Part shown: one piece after another, positions 38,271 through 50,200 of the stretch
How the letters are laid out: every line of letters starts with the position of its first letter
Position numbering within the stretch: position 1 is the stretch's first letter
Assembly: GCA_036172245.1 (NCBI GenBank)
Contig: JAYWIR010000041.1
Coordinates: 310,001 to 374,000 of the forward strand
Origin: Raillietiella orientalis
Lineage: Eukaryota
Reading direction: 5' to 3'
Length of the DNA: 64,000 bases
Program-made: the position numbers and the translations under genes
The notes under the pieces: model-generated
The model's database searches: none
Seen by the model: only the letters and a program-made list of their open reading frames with translations
What the model was told of the DNA's origin: nothing

Positions 38271-39400
38271 TTATTTATGAAAAATAAAAAGGCGATGGAT
38301 TTCCTCGTGGTGAACCCATGGGCTCACCACGTCACGACAACTTGTTGGTTGCCGGTGCAAAGACCGGCGAGGTCCATCCAACGCGCGGGGGTAGGAATAA
38401 AGTAAACAAAAGGTGAAACGTGGGGAGGGCGGGGAAGCGATCCCATCGCGCATGGATCGGTCCTCTAGATCCTGTTCAGGATCCTAATAAGCTGCGTCCT
38501 TTCTGCGCCCAGGTGGGACCACGTGGGCGCACATTTCGCACGAAGATGCGAGTCCAATCGGTGGCATCCCTGCCATTCTGTCCTCTTCTGGACGCGTTCC
38601 ATGCCGCCGCTGTTCCACGGATGCAGCAAAGCACTGCTACAGACGCGGCCGGGGGCAAGGCAGCACGCGAGACGAGGCGCCTGAAAATGTCCCTGGGGGG
38701 GTACCTCCGCGAATGTTCAGGATCGTCGCAAGACGATCCCAGAGAGGGCGGAAGGCGATGCACAAGAAGGTGGAGGAATGTCTCTTTCTCCCCGCACCGG
38801 TCGCACTGGGCATCCACACTTCCACGTGTCCAGTGAGTGAGGCGTGCTTTGCACGGGAGTCCCCAGTGCAAAAAGAGGAACGCCACCTCCTGCCACTTCA
38901 TGGGGAGGGGGCCACTGTTCCAAGGCGCTGGGGGCGACTTCACCTCCTCCGGAGGTAATGCGAGTAGCTCGCGCCCCAGCGTAAAAGTCCGTTGGGCGGG
39001 ACACTCGGGGTCGCAGCGTCCGCTAGCTGACGAGAAATCCAGGCCTTGATCGGTTGGGTCCCGCCGTCAATGATCCAGGACACTTTCCACTTTTCCTGCT
39101 CGTTGCTGCCCCTGGAGTTCACCAGGGAGGGCAGCACTGGGGCAAGGGGAGTAATCAACGCCCACAGCAGTTTGTCGCGGGATTGCACGATCTCCTGCGG
39201 CGTCCAGCGAGCGTGCCTTCGAAGGCAAGTGTTCTTGGTTCCGCTGGGGACGTGGATCTTTTCCCACGTGGAGACCGACTCCCGCAGCCATGCGGAGCAG
39301 TTCCCGGAGAGGCAGGAGATCCAGGAGTTCTCCCGAACCACAACGGCCACGCGACACAGCTGAGGGCCGCTGTGCCTGCGTCTGCCTGCGGCCGTCGAAT
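38271..39400 (-). mobile_element. 5'-truncated L1/Tx1-like non-LTR retrotransposon (ORF2 C-terminus with zf-RVT zinc finger)
   Basis: GC-rich insert with sharp edges. WNSGPLPMKWQEVAFLFLHWGLPCKARL...CDRCGEKETFLHLL is a zf-RVT pattern. Frameshift near 38940. No target-site duplication identified. Confidence 0.75.
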
Positions 39401-42400
39401 TCCGATGTGTGATTTAATTCATTTGCTATATTTTTATCGATACCTTGCAAAAGATGCAAGGTTACCAAAGCTACGAGGTTTGCTTCCTAGACTGTTTGTT
39501 ACTGGCAGCGGAGGAGGATGGGAGAAAACACAAATAAAAAAAATAAAGAATAAATGAAAATAAATAAATAACGACAGTGCTTGATCATTATTTCGCAATA
39601 GATACATGCCATTAGTATTAATGGACATAAGAAACTAGCAATTTTCCCAAATGGAATTCATACATAACGAATGGAAACTGTTTGGTGTCAATCGAGTGCT
39701 TACTCAGTTTTCTGATTGCACTCTCATTTAGTCTAGTTTAGAATCATGAAGTCCTATGTGGGCAAATCCTCAAGTATTCGTTCCAACTGTTTTGAAGGTT
39801 GAAGGGAATTCCGCATTGCAAATGATTTGTATTGATTTTCCGGAGCTGTCTCATTCGGTGTCTTTCACGCAGAAGGGTCTTTTCCCACTTCCTAGATGTG
39901 CTCTTCCTGCAATAACTGAACACAAAAACTCTTCCTCAGTAAAAGAGGAGGGAGGTGAAGTCGACTTTTCAATATTTTTCGAGATCAAAGCCCAAGGTGA
40001 CAGATACCGCTGTTTTTGAAATGCGTTTGTGGAGGTGGCTTGCATTTATTTCTTTGGTACTACATCTTCAATGGACTCGTCGAAATCTTGTAAGCAGAGC
40101 TGGAAGGCCATGTCTGCTTCTGTTGGAAGCTTTAACAGTTTTTTCTTAAAGGTCACAACGAATCGCTAACATTTTCTTTCAAACAAACCAAAAGAGCGCT
40201 AAAAGCACGACTTCCTTTCCCTCTTTCCATTCCTCATTTCTGAAGAAACATACATGAATGAACTTTACGAGCATAGTCTCTACAAAAATTTCTGTACTCG
40301 CTTATGGTCAATTTGTCATTTGTTTGGTTAGCCATCCCGTCATTTTCCTGGATGATACTTTTCTCGAATCGAGCATTTCTAATCTTCATTTTGGATACGA
40401 CTGCCTGCAAAGTTGGGAAGGCAGGAGTCCCAGGAGCAAAATTACGAAAACGGCATCGTTTTGAAATCTCTGTTCCCTTTTGAAATTAGCTTCGCACTTT
40501 CCTTGAATTCTTCACGTGAACCAATTCGCCCAATTCCCTGGGCTGGCACCTAAGAAATCTGCAGCCAACTGAGAGAAGATGCGAGAGATCCCTTGCTAGC
40601 CTTGGAGATGGCTTAATTACCGATTTCATCATAATTTTTTTTTTTCCTACCACTCACGGAATCAGTATTTATGACCACTGTGTAGATTCATTTAATTAAT
40701 GTGTTTGGTTTGGAACTCATTAGATTCATCGTGTTCTGATTAAAACAAATGAGAAGAAAAATTTTCCTTTTTTGCCTTCTTGGCTGATAAGAAGCAAACT
40801 TTAAAAAGCCAGGAATGCCTAGTCAAATCACATTTGAGAGAAATCTCTTTGCATTTGTTTGACTGTTGGCTAGGATAGCAGTATAAAAATCATTTTTAGA
40901 GTTCAGTCTATCAGGAATTGGATGATGTCTCCAAAAAAACCGTAGTACACGCTTCGGCCGTACATGTACCAAAGACCGTAGTATTAATGAGATTTTTTTC
41001 TGCATTCGTATCATCACACAAAGTCAAACCGAAGAGACACAGATGTTCTTTACAAGTACAAGGATGTTTTTGAAATGAATATTCAAGACTTTAAACTATA
41101 TCTTTTTTTTTTGTTTAGGTTGAAAACAAAAACAAAAACACACACAAAAAAAAAAGGGACAAGAACCCACGATTTAGAAATCAACCGAATCTCAGAGAAG
41201 ACGATCAAAGCAAACTGTTAAGTAATATGCAGATGTACACGAAAGTAAGCAACAGACACTACATCTTAGCACAGTCATAAAATGGAGTCAGTAAAACTGC
41301 CTTTTCTTTGAGTGACTCCATACTCTTGAGATGAGCAGCCTGTTGTGTAATTGCATCCCTATTCCTCCACGAAAGACAAAGCACGGATGTTTTAAACCAC
41401 CAACACGCAAAGAAGTTCCAACTTTACGGGTAAGTAGCCTATGGAAACCATTTTATTACTGGATGGAGAGATTTGTTTGTTCGTTTTCTTCCCACCCATG
41501 CCTTCCATGATTTTTACGCTTTTGATCACGGTATTTGTACAGTACACTTTTCAACTACGAATGTTCGTATTTCGTTGCCTTGTAGAAAATACATTCGTGA
41601 AAGCATCGTTCTTACATATGCAATTTCAGCAGCCCTCTGATCACATCTTAATTACCAGAAGGACACAGAACACAGGTAGCTTCAAAGCAGCTCCCTAAAC
41701 ATCTGCAAACAGTCCTTAACGAAAAGGGAACAACAGGAATGTTTCCCCTGTTCTTATCCTTAGGTGCTGTTAGCTTAGGACTAGGTGCAACCTCAGCTGA
41801 ACATTTTGGGGTTTCTAAGGACCCAGACAATAACAGGATCGTCGATCTTGCACTTTTTCCCCGTTTTATCTTCCTTTGGTTTGTCCTTCTTAGGGGTTTA
41901 TGTACATATTCTGACGGTAACAAAGTTTGAAAATTACCAAAGAAACCATAAAAAATTCATCAAAAGCTGATAAAGTTTTCAAATAACATATATATATATA
42001 TATACATATATATGGACGCCCGACTGGTGTATTTGAGATCTGATGGAAAGAATTTCTAGCAAACTCTATCTCTGTAAACAGCATCGATCTATTGACAAAG
42101 CTTCCTCTTGATCTCAAGCATGATTGTTCTTTTTCACTTCTCAAACCCCAGTTTTAGAGTGACCCTTAGAAGTTTCCTTCATTAACTTATTTGTGGAATT
42201 TGCAGAATCACTGAGAGAATGCAAAACAAACGTTGGATTCTGCCTGTATTCTGGTACATGTGAATAGCCAATCTACAGACGTTTTCTGTGCAAAAAATCT
42301 CATTTTAACAAGTTCTGCCTTTAGGTACCACTTGACCCCCCCTCCCTTCTCCCTACATGTACGTGCTCTGTTGCAGACTAGGAAACTTGGAACTGAAAGT

Positions 42401-42479
42401 TAAGACAAATGCTTCTTAGCCTTATTAATTGTTTCCAAAAATAATGCGCAACCTCCATAGAAAATCTGCTTGTACAATA

Positions 42480-43150
42480 GGAATCGGCAACCGTCCCTAT
42501 TGTTCCAAGGTCGATCAGATTTCCCTCTACGCGTTGAACGCGGGATGTGTACGGAATCCACCTCAGTACTCCTTTCATTGCTGTCCCATTTCGTCCTGAA
42601 CGGCACGCTGCGAGGAGGCCAACTGAAGTTGCAGAGGCGCTGATTCTCGTCGACTGAATCCGACGGGAAAATAACCATTCGTGAAGCTGACTTATTCCAA
42701 AGTTCCAACTGTCCTGACCTCTGGTTAAGAGGTCAGGACAGTCAAGAGGTCGTCGCAACGCACAACAGCCTGAAGACTCTTCTCTGGTTAGAGGAACTCT
42801 CCCTATCCAAATCAGTGGCATTGATGATGGTTGCTCAGGTCACAAGTTGTAAGATCTGAAATACTTAGAATGTGGTATGCGGGTCGAAAGTGTGGTCCAG
42901 TTCAAGTTTATTCAGAATAAGCGTGTGTTTGTGGCGGCCGAGCCACAGCTCCTGTAAAGGTGCATCAGAGCTTCAGTCAAGTGGATTCCTGAAGAGATTT
43001 TCTAAAGTTCCGTTTGATGCAGAACATGGAAGCGAGAATTTTTTTCTTATCCATGGAAGAATGCACTCATATCGGTAATTCAATCAAAGCATTCCCAATG
43101 AGGTTGGTTTGTATTTACCATGATTCTGCTTTTTGGTACGCCAGTGTCAG
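42480..43150 (-). mobile_element. Decayed non-LTR retrotransposon RNase H (and possibly RT) remnant
   Basis: MVIFPSDS resembles VxIxSDS and LRWIPYTSRVQRVEGNLID resembles LxWIPxHxGIxGNExAD, in different frames. Weak TGVP motif further upstream. Confidence 0.45.
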
Positions 43151-44900
43151 CTCCATATTTTCTTTCGATGCAGCGTACATTAGAAGTGAAATACATTCTT
43201 CTCTCATTCAAGTAACCATCTGCACATAACTTATACTGGAACTGATGATATTTTCATAAGCATTTTTCAATGAGGATGAATTGTAGAAATGATTTTCAGG
43301 AATTCTGAAGGCAGTCAAGAGGGGTGCGTCTCTTTGCGAAGAAGGACTTCTAGGACTCAAGCGAATGTGACGTCACCGCCAGAGTTTCTCAGGGATTTGC
43401 AGTGTCGTATCGTACACATTTCTAGACACAATTCTCTGCGGAACCTTTCGCTTTCGTTTGATTATTTGATGGACCAGTGATTCCTGTCATCATAATCCGT
43501 AATTGATGAAAGCGAAACGTCTACGACCTCTGCAGCCAATGCAATGGCACGCAAACAGACAGAAACACTTAACAAGTTGATGGCAGTGCACGGAAGCGCT
43601 TGCTCGAGCAAGTCGGTGCTGAAGTCGGAAAATTTCCATCTTCCCTCGCCGTTTGCGTCTTCGCCTCTCCTTGTCGTGGCTTTCCACTCTCTCATTTGGC
43701 TGCGAAATCAGTCGTTCGGTAGTGCTTCATCCTTCGCGATAGGAAGGCACACTTTTGCCGACCTGTGCAGCGAGTTGAAAACGGCAAAAGAACTTGCTCG
43801 CGGCAGCTCGGCTGCTGTTCTCCCTGGCTTGTATAACAACATGGATTTTCAAGAAAATCCATGCTTCTGAGCGGGAAAATGGATCACAAGTTAATGCATC
43901 GCTCTTCAAGTACATAAAATTGTATATATATATATATATATTTTTTTTAGAAAACTTCCCATGAGTCAGTGGATAGGAGGGAGAATGTTAAATATGCATT
44001 CCACCTAGAGGAGGTTGACTTCAGCTGTCCAGTTAGTGGAAAATTCAGTTTCGACACTACTTTTGAAGTCCAGGTACCGAGTTTTCGGCTGGAGAATGCT
44101 TTTGCCTGCGGCAGCGCTTCCCCAGCAGAGATAAGGCCAACGAGTCGATTCCTGGAAGCGGCCGAAAGAAGCGCGCAGTGTTGTTGCCCGTGGAGACAAG
44201 CTGACCCTGCCTAGGCAGGCAGGGTCAGCTTGTGTCAACGTGCGAGTTCACCTACGATTTGAAAATCACGGGTTTTTTCCTTCGTGAGATCCTGAGGCAC
44301 GCAAGTGGTAAGACGTCGGGAGGTCATCAATCCGTTAAAACGAAATGATCAGTGCTTCAAGTAAGAAAAACCCTATGCGGAAATTACTGTTTCAAAACCT
44401 ACCAACATCGGGCTGGAGAATTTCTCAGTTGAACTGCAGCGACCGGAAAGCTCGTCAACGTTGAGAATCTTCGAAAGCCTCCACAGATTCCAAGAACGTA
44501 AGAGTGCATCGGCATGGTTTAGAAAAACATTCTTATGAAAGTGGAAAGGCATCTATAAAGAATCTTTAAGAATTTCTGATACCCATTCCAAGAAAGTAAA
44601 GGCCGTGATTGGCTGATAGCTTTTCTTAACCAATCACAAATGAGTGAGGTTTGCACTCTCTTTCGCTGTAAGGAACTCTTTCGTTTTTGTGAAAGCTTCG
44701 TGGGTACAGCGATGGAAGAGTATTCTTTTGTTTTTGTTCTTCTTCTGCAAGAGAGTTCTCTCAGGGAAAAGAAGAAACTGTAACCTGAGATGAAATCTTT
44801 CTACTAGTTGACATGTGAATCAGGACAGGTTCTCAACTCTACTGCAAGAATGCTGTGGAGTTTTCGAAAAGAAATGTGCATCTCTTGGGGTCTGTGCTGT

Positions 44901-44906
44901 CTCTCC

Positions 44907-44967
<61 letters not shown>

Positions 44968-44996
44968 TGTGTGTGTATGTGTGTGTGTGTGTGTGT
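44901..44996. repeat. Compound (CT)n(GT)n microsatellite
   Basis: Directly visible. Confidence 0.95.
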
Positions 44997-46479
44997 CTTT
45001 TTTTCCAGCAGATTTCCGTCGTCTAATTTCGGGAATTCCTTGTCGACCGAATTAGCCACTCTAATGAAGGTGACCGAAGGAATTGTGCAACGGGATCTCC
45101 GTAGTGTGTTTTTCGAATCCTTGGATCGAGGTCTCTGCACGTGTTGGCACGTGGGGCGTTTTCCTCTTGTCTGTACACAAGTGAACAAGAGTTGCCCCCC
45201 CAGTCTGATGACAGTGCACCGCGGGTGTCGAAAACCGACTCGTACTGCACTTTCTAGAGCGGCGTTCTCAAGAGGTGCACTCTGCCCAATCGACCCGTGC
45301 TACGAGCAGCTGTTTTCCGGGGTCCTGATTGCCAAACGAAGGCAAAGATTCTGACAACCACCTGAGGTCATGCTGAGCATCACCTCATTCTTGCGTTCAC
45401 GCATGTAGCAGATAGGCTACTCGAAAACCCCTGTTCTCTTTACACGAAGGGTTTGTGTCTAAAAAGGACAGTGTCCTATCCCGAACTAATAAGTCGAACT
45501 TACTTCAGCGAGACAGATGCTTCTCATTATTCCGACCTGTAACTGAATATTTCTTAAGAGCAGAAGACTGACTCGGCCCTGATTCCCATTCGGAAATTTC
45601 CTGTTCATTCAGCGTGAAACGCGAACTGATTACCAGCCAAGCCCTATTTCTTATGTAGCAGCTATATATTGCTTTTCCGGAATCCACATTCCTCGATCGA
45701 TCTGAAGAGATCTGGATCATTGAAAATACGCCAAATAAGATAGATCTCCTAAACAGCACTTTTAATCCGAGGAAGAGGAACATCCGAATGAACGTAGAAA
45801 CAAATGAAATGGGGAGAAATCCCAGCATTTTCTAGCGATGTTGTTCAAGATGAGCAGACGAAGCAAGAAGGAATTCACTTGACTTGTCCAAGTTCGCCGC
45901 TAAGCATGGGTAACAAGATGTCCCATGCATCTTTCATTAGGGTAATACGACAGCGTCCTGAACGAAGGGATAAAAACGCAATGCAGATCTCCTCCTGGAA
46001 CCTGGAACAGCGAATCCTGAGAAAAGCGACTGCCACTGCAGCAGCAGCAGGCTGTGAAGTACTCGGCGCCCTATTGCTCTTGACTCGAAAATCTCAAACG
46101 GGATGAATCGATGCAAAGTTAGTTTCAAATTGCATAAAAAGATGCTGTCCTGCCTGCACCCCTAGTCAGTCTGAAAGGAGGCCAATGAGGCGAGCTCATT
46201 GCATTCCATGCCGAATGTATCTTGATGCTTGGAACGCATGTCAAGACTAAATGGCAGAAGCCATGTGACCTCCGCTTTCGACCGTTTAACAGAATGGATA
46301 AGAGTGCAGCTTCTTGTGTGTGTGTGTGTTTTGTTGTTCGTCATCGGTAGTGGCAAGTTGAAGGAGTCTCGAGGACTGGCCCACTCTGTACTCGCAACCG
46401 TTTGTAGAGGACGTTACTTGCGTAAAAACCACATCGTTCTGTTCTGTGAAATCACGCTGCATATACTGACAGTAATGGA

Positions 46480-47250
46480 ACAACATAGATATACTGGCAT
46501 TATAGAAAAGACCCAGCTTGTCAAGTTCGACGGTTATACAGAGGCGCTACTTGATGATAACTTAGGTCTCTCATTCACGCAGAACGCACGTTATCCGATG
46601 TTCACTGGTTACACTTGCTTGCATGCCAAAATGCTGCATCTCTTCGGGAAAGCAAGGACCAGATGGTAATCTCCAAGCTCCTGCAACAAGATAAACAGAA
46701 AATTTGTCGGCCAGCCTGATGCTTCTGACACAAGGCAGAGGATGAAAATCCTGCAGTGACTGCCGTCGTACTCCGGTATCATACCTTATTCATTGGTCAG
46801 CGAGACAGCATCCTAGTATTATGCTTGTTTCCTCATTAAAGATCCCCCAAAACTCAGGATATTGAACTCAATCCGGAGCCATTCCCTTGCGTAGCTGGAA
46901 GAACTGACTCTTCTCTGGTGACCTTCAGTTGTCTACACACGACTCTGATCTTCTATAGAATCATACACAGGTCCAGTTGCGAATCCATCTCTGTGAACAA
47001 AATATGCCTCGGCCTTCCTTGGTTTATAATAAGCAACACTACCGGTTTACCCAAACTCGACACCAAGAAGCATGTGGATCGGAAAAGAACTGTACCACCC
47101 ATGCTGAAGGATGCTCATTCTTCCGACTTTATTGCATGGCTTCCATCTTGAAAACACTTCAGAAGACGAAAGCCGACTCGCCTACTCTTAATCAACCATC
47201 GATCTATCAGCCTTCTTCCGAGAACACAAAAACAGGTGCATTCGCGGAAG
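46480..47250 (+). mobile_element. Decayed LINE ORF2 3' remnant
   Basis: EKTQLVKF...LGLSF (RT thumb-like) and CGSEKNCTTHAEGC (CCHC-like), with multiple stops and frameshifts. Confidence 0.3.
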
Positions 47251-50200
47251 CGTGAAAAAATTATGCTATCGCTATTTTGGCATGCATTATTGTACATACC
47301 AAGTGTGATTGTTTAAATGATGTACTAGTAGTGTTGCCATGAACTTCCCTGCAGTTAGCGACTTATCAGATTTCTTGGCAGCCAATCTGCTGAAGACACC
47401 AGTTCATTTTCAGCAGTTCCCTCTTTTGAAGAAAAGCCGCATTCTCGTCAGTGGCCATGACATTTTTATATAGGTCAAGAAATGGCTTAAGAATTGCATG
47501 ATTTCTATATGAAAATTAATTGTGAATGGAAAAAGGTACGTGAAAACTATTTCCGAAGACTTTCGAAGTGCAGTCACTTCGGCGTGAAATGTTTGGGCAA
47601 TCCGAAGAGGTGCAAACGGTAATGCACGCAGAACTTCGGTGTGATCTCTATTTGATCTCCATTTTTCCACCACTGAACGTTTGGGGGGACTTTTTCCATC
47701 CAAGCCTCTTGCCTATGGACTACTCAGCAACTGCCAACTCTGTCCCTTTCACTAAAGAACAGATGATAAAAGATGCATCTTCCATAATCGTAATGAGGAC
47801 AATCTCAGAATCATAAGGTTTATGGGTGAGACCATCTGGAAACATTGCAGGATAAATCCGCTCCTCCGGTTCTGTCTTCCACTATTTCGTGGGAAATCCT
47901 TCCTCCATAGTGAAATGAGGAAGATGCAAACGTTAGGATATGTCTGGCTGACCCGGTGGCACGTGTTAGTGGAATCGGCAAGCTACGATGGGAACCAGAC
48001 CTTTCCGAAGCTTATCTCTGTGAAAGCAAGCCCTTTAATTAATAACTCGTATTTATAATTTTAATGAATGACGAACGCTTCCTCTTTTACGACTTTGAAA
48101 AACTGGATGAGAGGTGCGGAGCTCGTTCGCTGCAGGATGTGAAAACTGTCACCCTCTCTCGTCTCATTTTGGTGTGCCTTGGTAACACTGCATGGCGATG
48201 AAGAATCTCGATTTCGCTCTGAGATTTTCAAGAGAACGATGTGCATCCCTGACGCCGCTCGTGTTAAATGTCTGCAAAGCACTCTTCTGGTTTAACGTGC
48301 GATCCGATGTCCAGTGGCATTGCAGCAGCGGACACCGCAACGCAGGAATGCTCCATTTCTTCGAAGAAACGCACATTTGCATTCAACAAGATGCAAAGAT
48401 CCCTCAGCTTGTCCTTTCCTGCACACTTTTTCTTGTTTCTGTTCTTTAAAAAGGAAATGAAAGACTGTACTGACCACAGATATCTCTTAACTTTTCAATG
48501 GTTACTTGCTAATGAAGAAAATAAGAGGAAGGGAGGGGTGGTAAACTGGCGGCTCTCTTCGCAGTAAAGAAACAGTCATACAAATCAGATGCATTTATCC
48601 CTTGGACAACCTGTCTATCGATAAAATAACTTTCGACTTGTTACTAAAAACCAGGACTTGTACTCTTAAGAACTCGCCTGCAAAACGACACATGCAAATG
48701 CAAACAAAGAAGCACAAAGAAGAGCGAGCGAGCAAAGAAAAGATGCAACCGACCAATGCGAGAAATTCGGAAAGCCCAGTGCCCGTCGGAGCCCACGGTG
48801 CCCACCCGCCCTTTTACGTGTGTGCATGGTTTACCGTGGTCTACAGATGAGCGTTTGTTCTTCTTTGGTATCAGACTTTGAAGAAATCACTGAACTCACG
48901 ATCCTGCTGCGTACGGTACCATCTGTAATCGGTGATCCGTAGAAATCGACGGAAAGTGTTTTTGTCCACTAAATGTTGCAATGAACAGTACGTCTTCGAT
49001 GGATTTCATAATAGTAAGAAAGCAAATGGCAGCTTGCCTACTGCGTTGTGTCATTTGCATCTCTAATCTACATCCTCACTCCCAGAATGGCGGTTTCGAA
49101 TGCCATGTTTTGCTTCAATACGGTTTTTCCAAAGGTACTATTTGCTGGTCACACTCTTTACAGTGACCGCAGTGCCGATTACGTTTGCTTTGGCTGTTGC
49201 TTCGCATCGAGCACCATGGATTTGTGGCGTAGTCATGATCCCTCTGCAAGGTCTTTCTGAACTGAACTGAGCTTTGGATTTGCTTGAAAATTCATGTTCA
49301 TCAGGAAAATTCATCAGGAAATCCTTAGTCTTCTGATCAAGATCGTCTCACTGGAAAGGGTCAGGAATTCGGTGCAGCACAGCCTGTGTCAGTGTCGGCT
49401 GGCCGTGGCTTCCATGATCCTTACAACTCCTCCCATTTCATGGATACACGCAAAATGGCAACAGTAATTGGCAACATAACATCCAACAAGGAATCCAGAA
49501 ATTTTAACGTGTATCGATCTGTACATATTTCGACTTCATTTTGGGAGAACCCAGGCTAGGAGAAAACCTCAGCCCGCGTTACCTTGAGGCAACTGAAAGA
49601 CAGCAAAATGAGTCTTAAATCCGAAGATAATCTTCCATCGTTTTGTGTCATAAGTAAGAGCCCAATCCCTCGCCTACTACCACCAAGTGCCTTTGGGCAG
49701 CAGGCAGCATATTGGTTTGGCTATCTGCATGGGTTCTGCACAAGAATTCAGAAGATCTGAATTCATTAGTTCACTTTTACATCCACAATATTCTTTTATG
49801 TTGTTCCAGCATAGGGAGGGAAGCAGAAGGTGCAAACTGCTCTCTAGAATGCTTATCTAGTGATTTGGACACGTGCTTTCGTCTCAGGTCTTGTTTTGTG
49901 ATGTGCATTAATATCCAGTGCTTCAAAAGTGGAAAAATAAAATAAAATGCATTCGATCACCTGTTTGTGAGCGAGGGGCTTACAGGTAGTTCCACTCCTT
50001 CCAGCTCTGCCCATCCTTTTCTTTCTGAATCTGGAAACCAGCAGCCAGCCACGAAACAGTCCTTGTTCCGTCTCCTGGAGCACAGACATACCGTCGCTCG
50101 CCGTTTGGTCCGTTCGCTTGCGGGCGAAATTTTGGATTCTCAGCTGAAATCTTTACGATCCTACGTGGTCTTCATTTTCCAGGGATTTTGCAGCTTAGTT

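Noticed and set aside
45201..45250. Hammerhead-like CTGATGA...GAAA motif
   Set aside because: Stem II lacks the G-C closing pair in register, and stem III with the NUH cleavage triplet cannot be formed correctly.
44808..45354. ORFs with CVCVCV/THTHTH runs
   Set aside because: Translations of the (CT)n(GT)n microsatellite.
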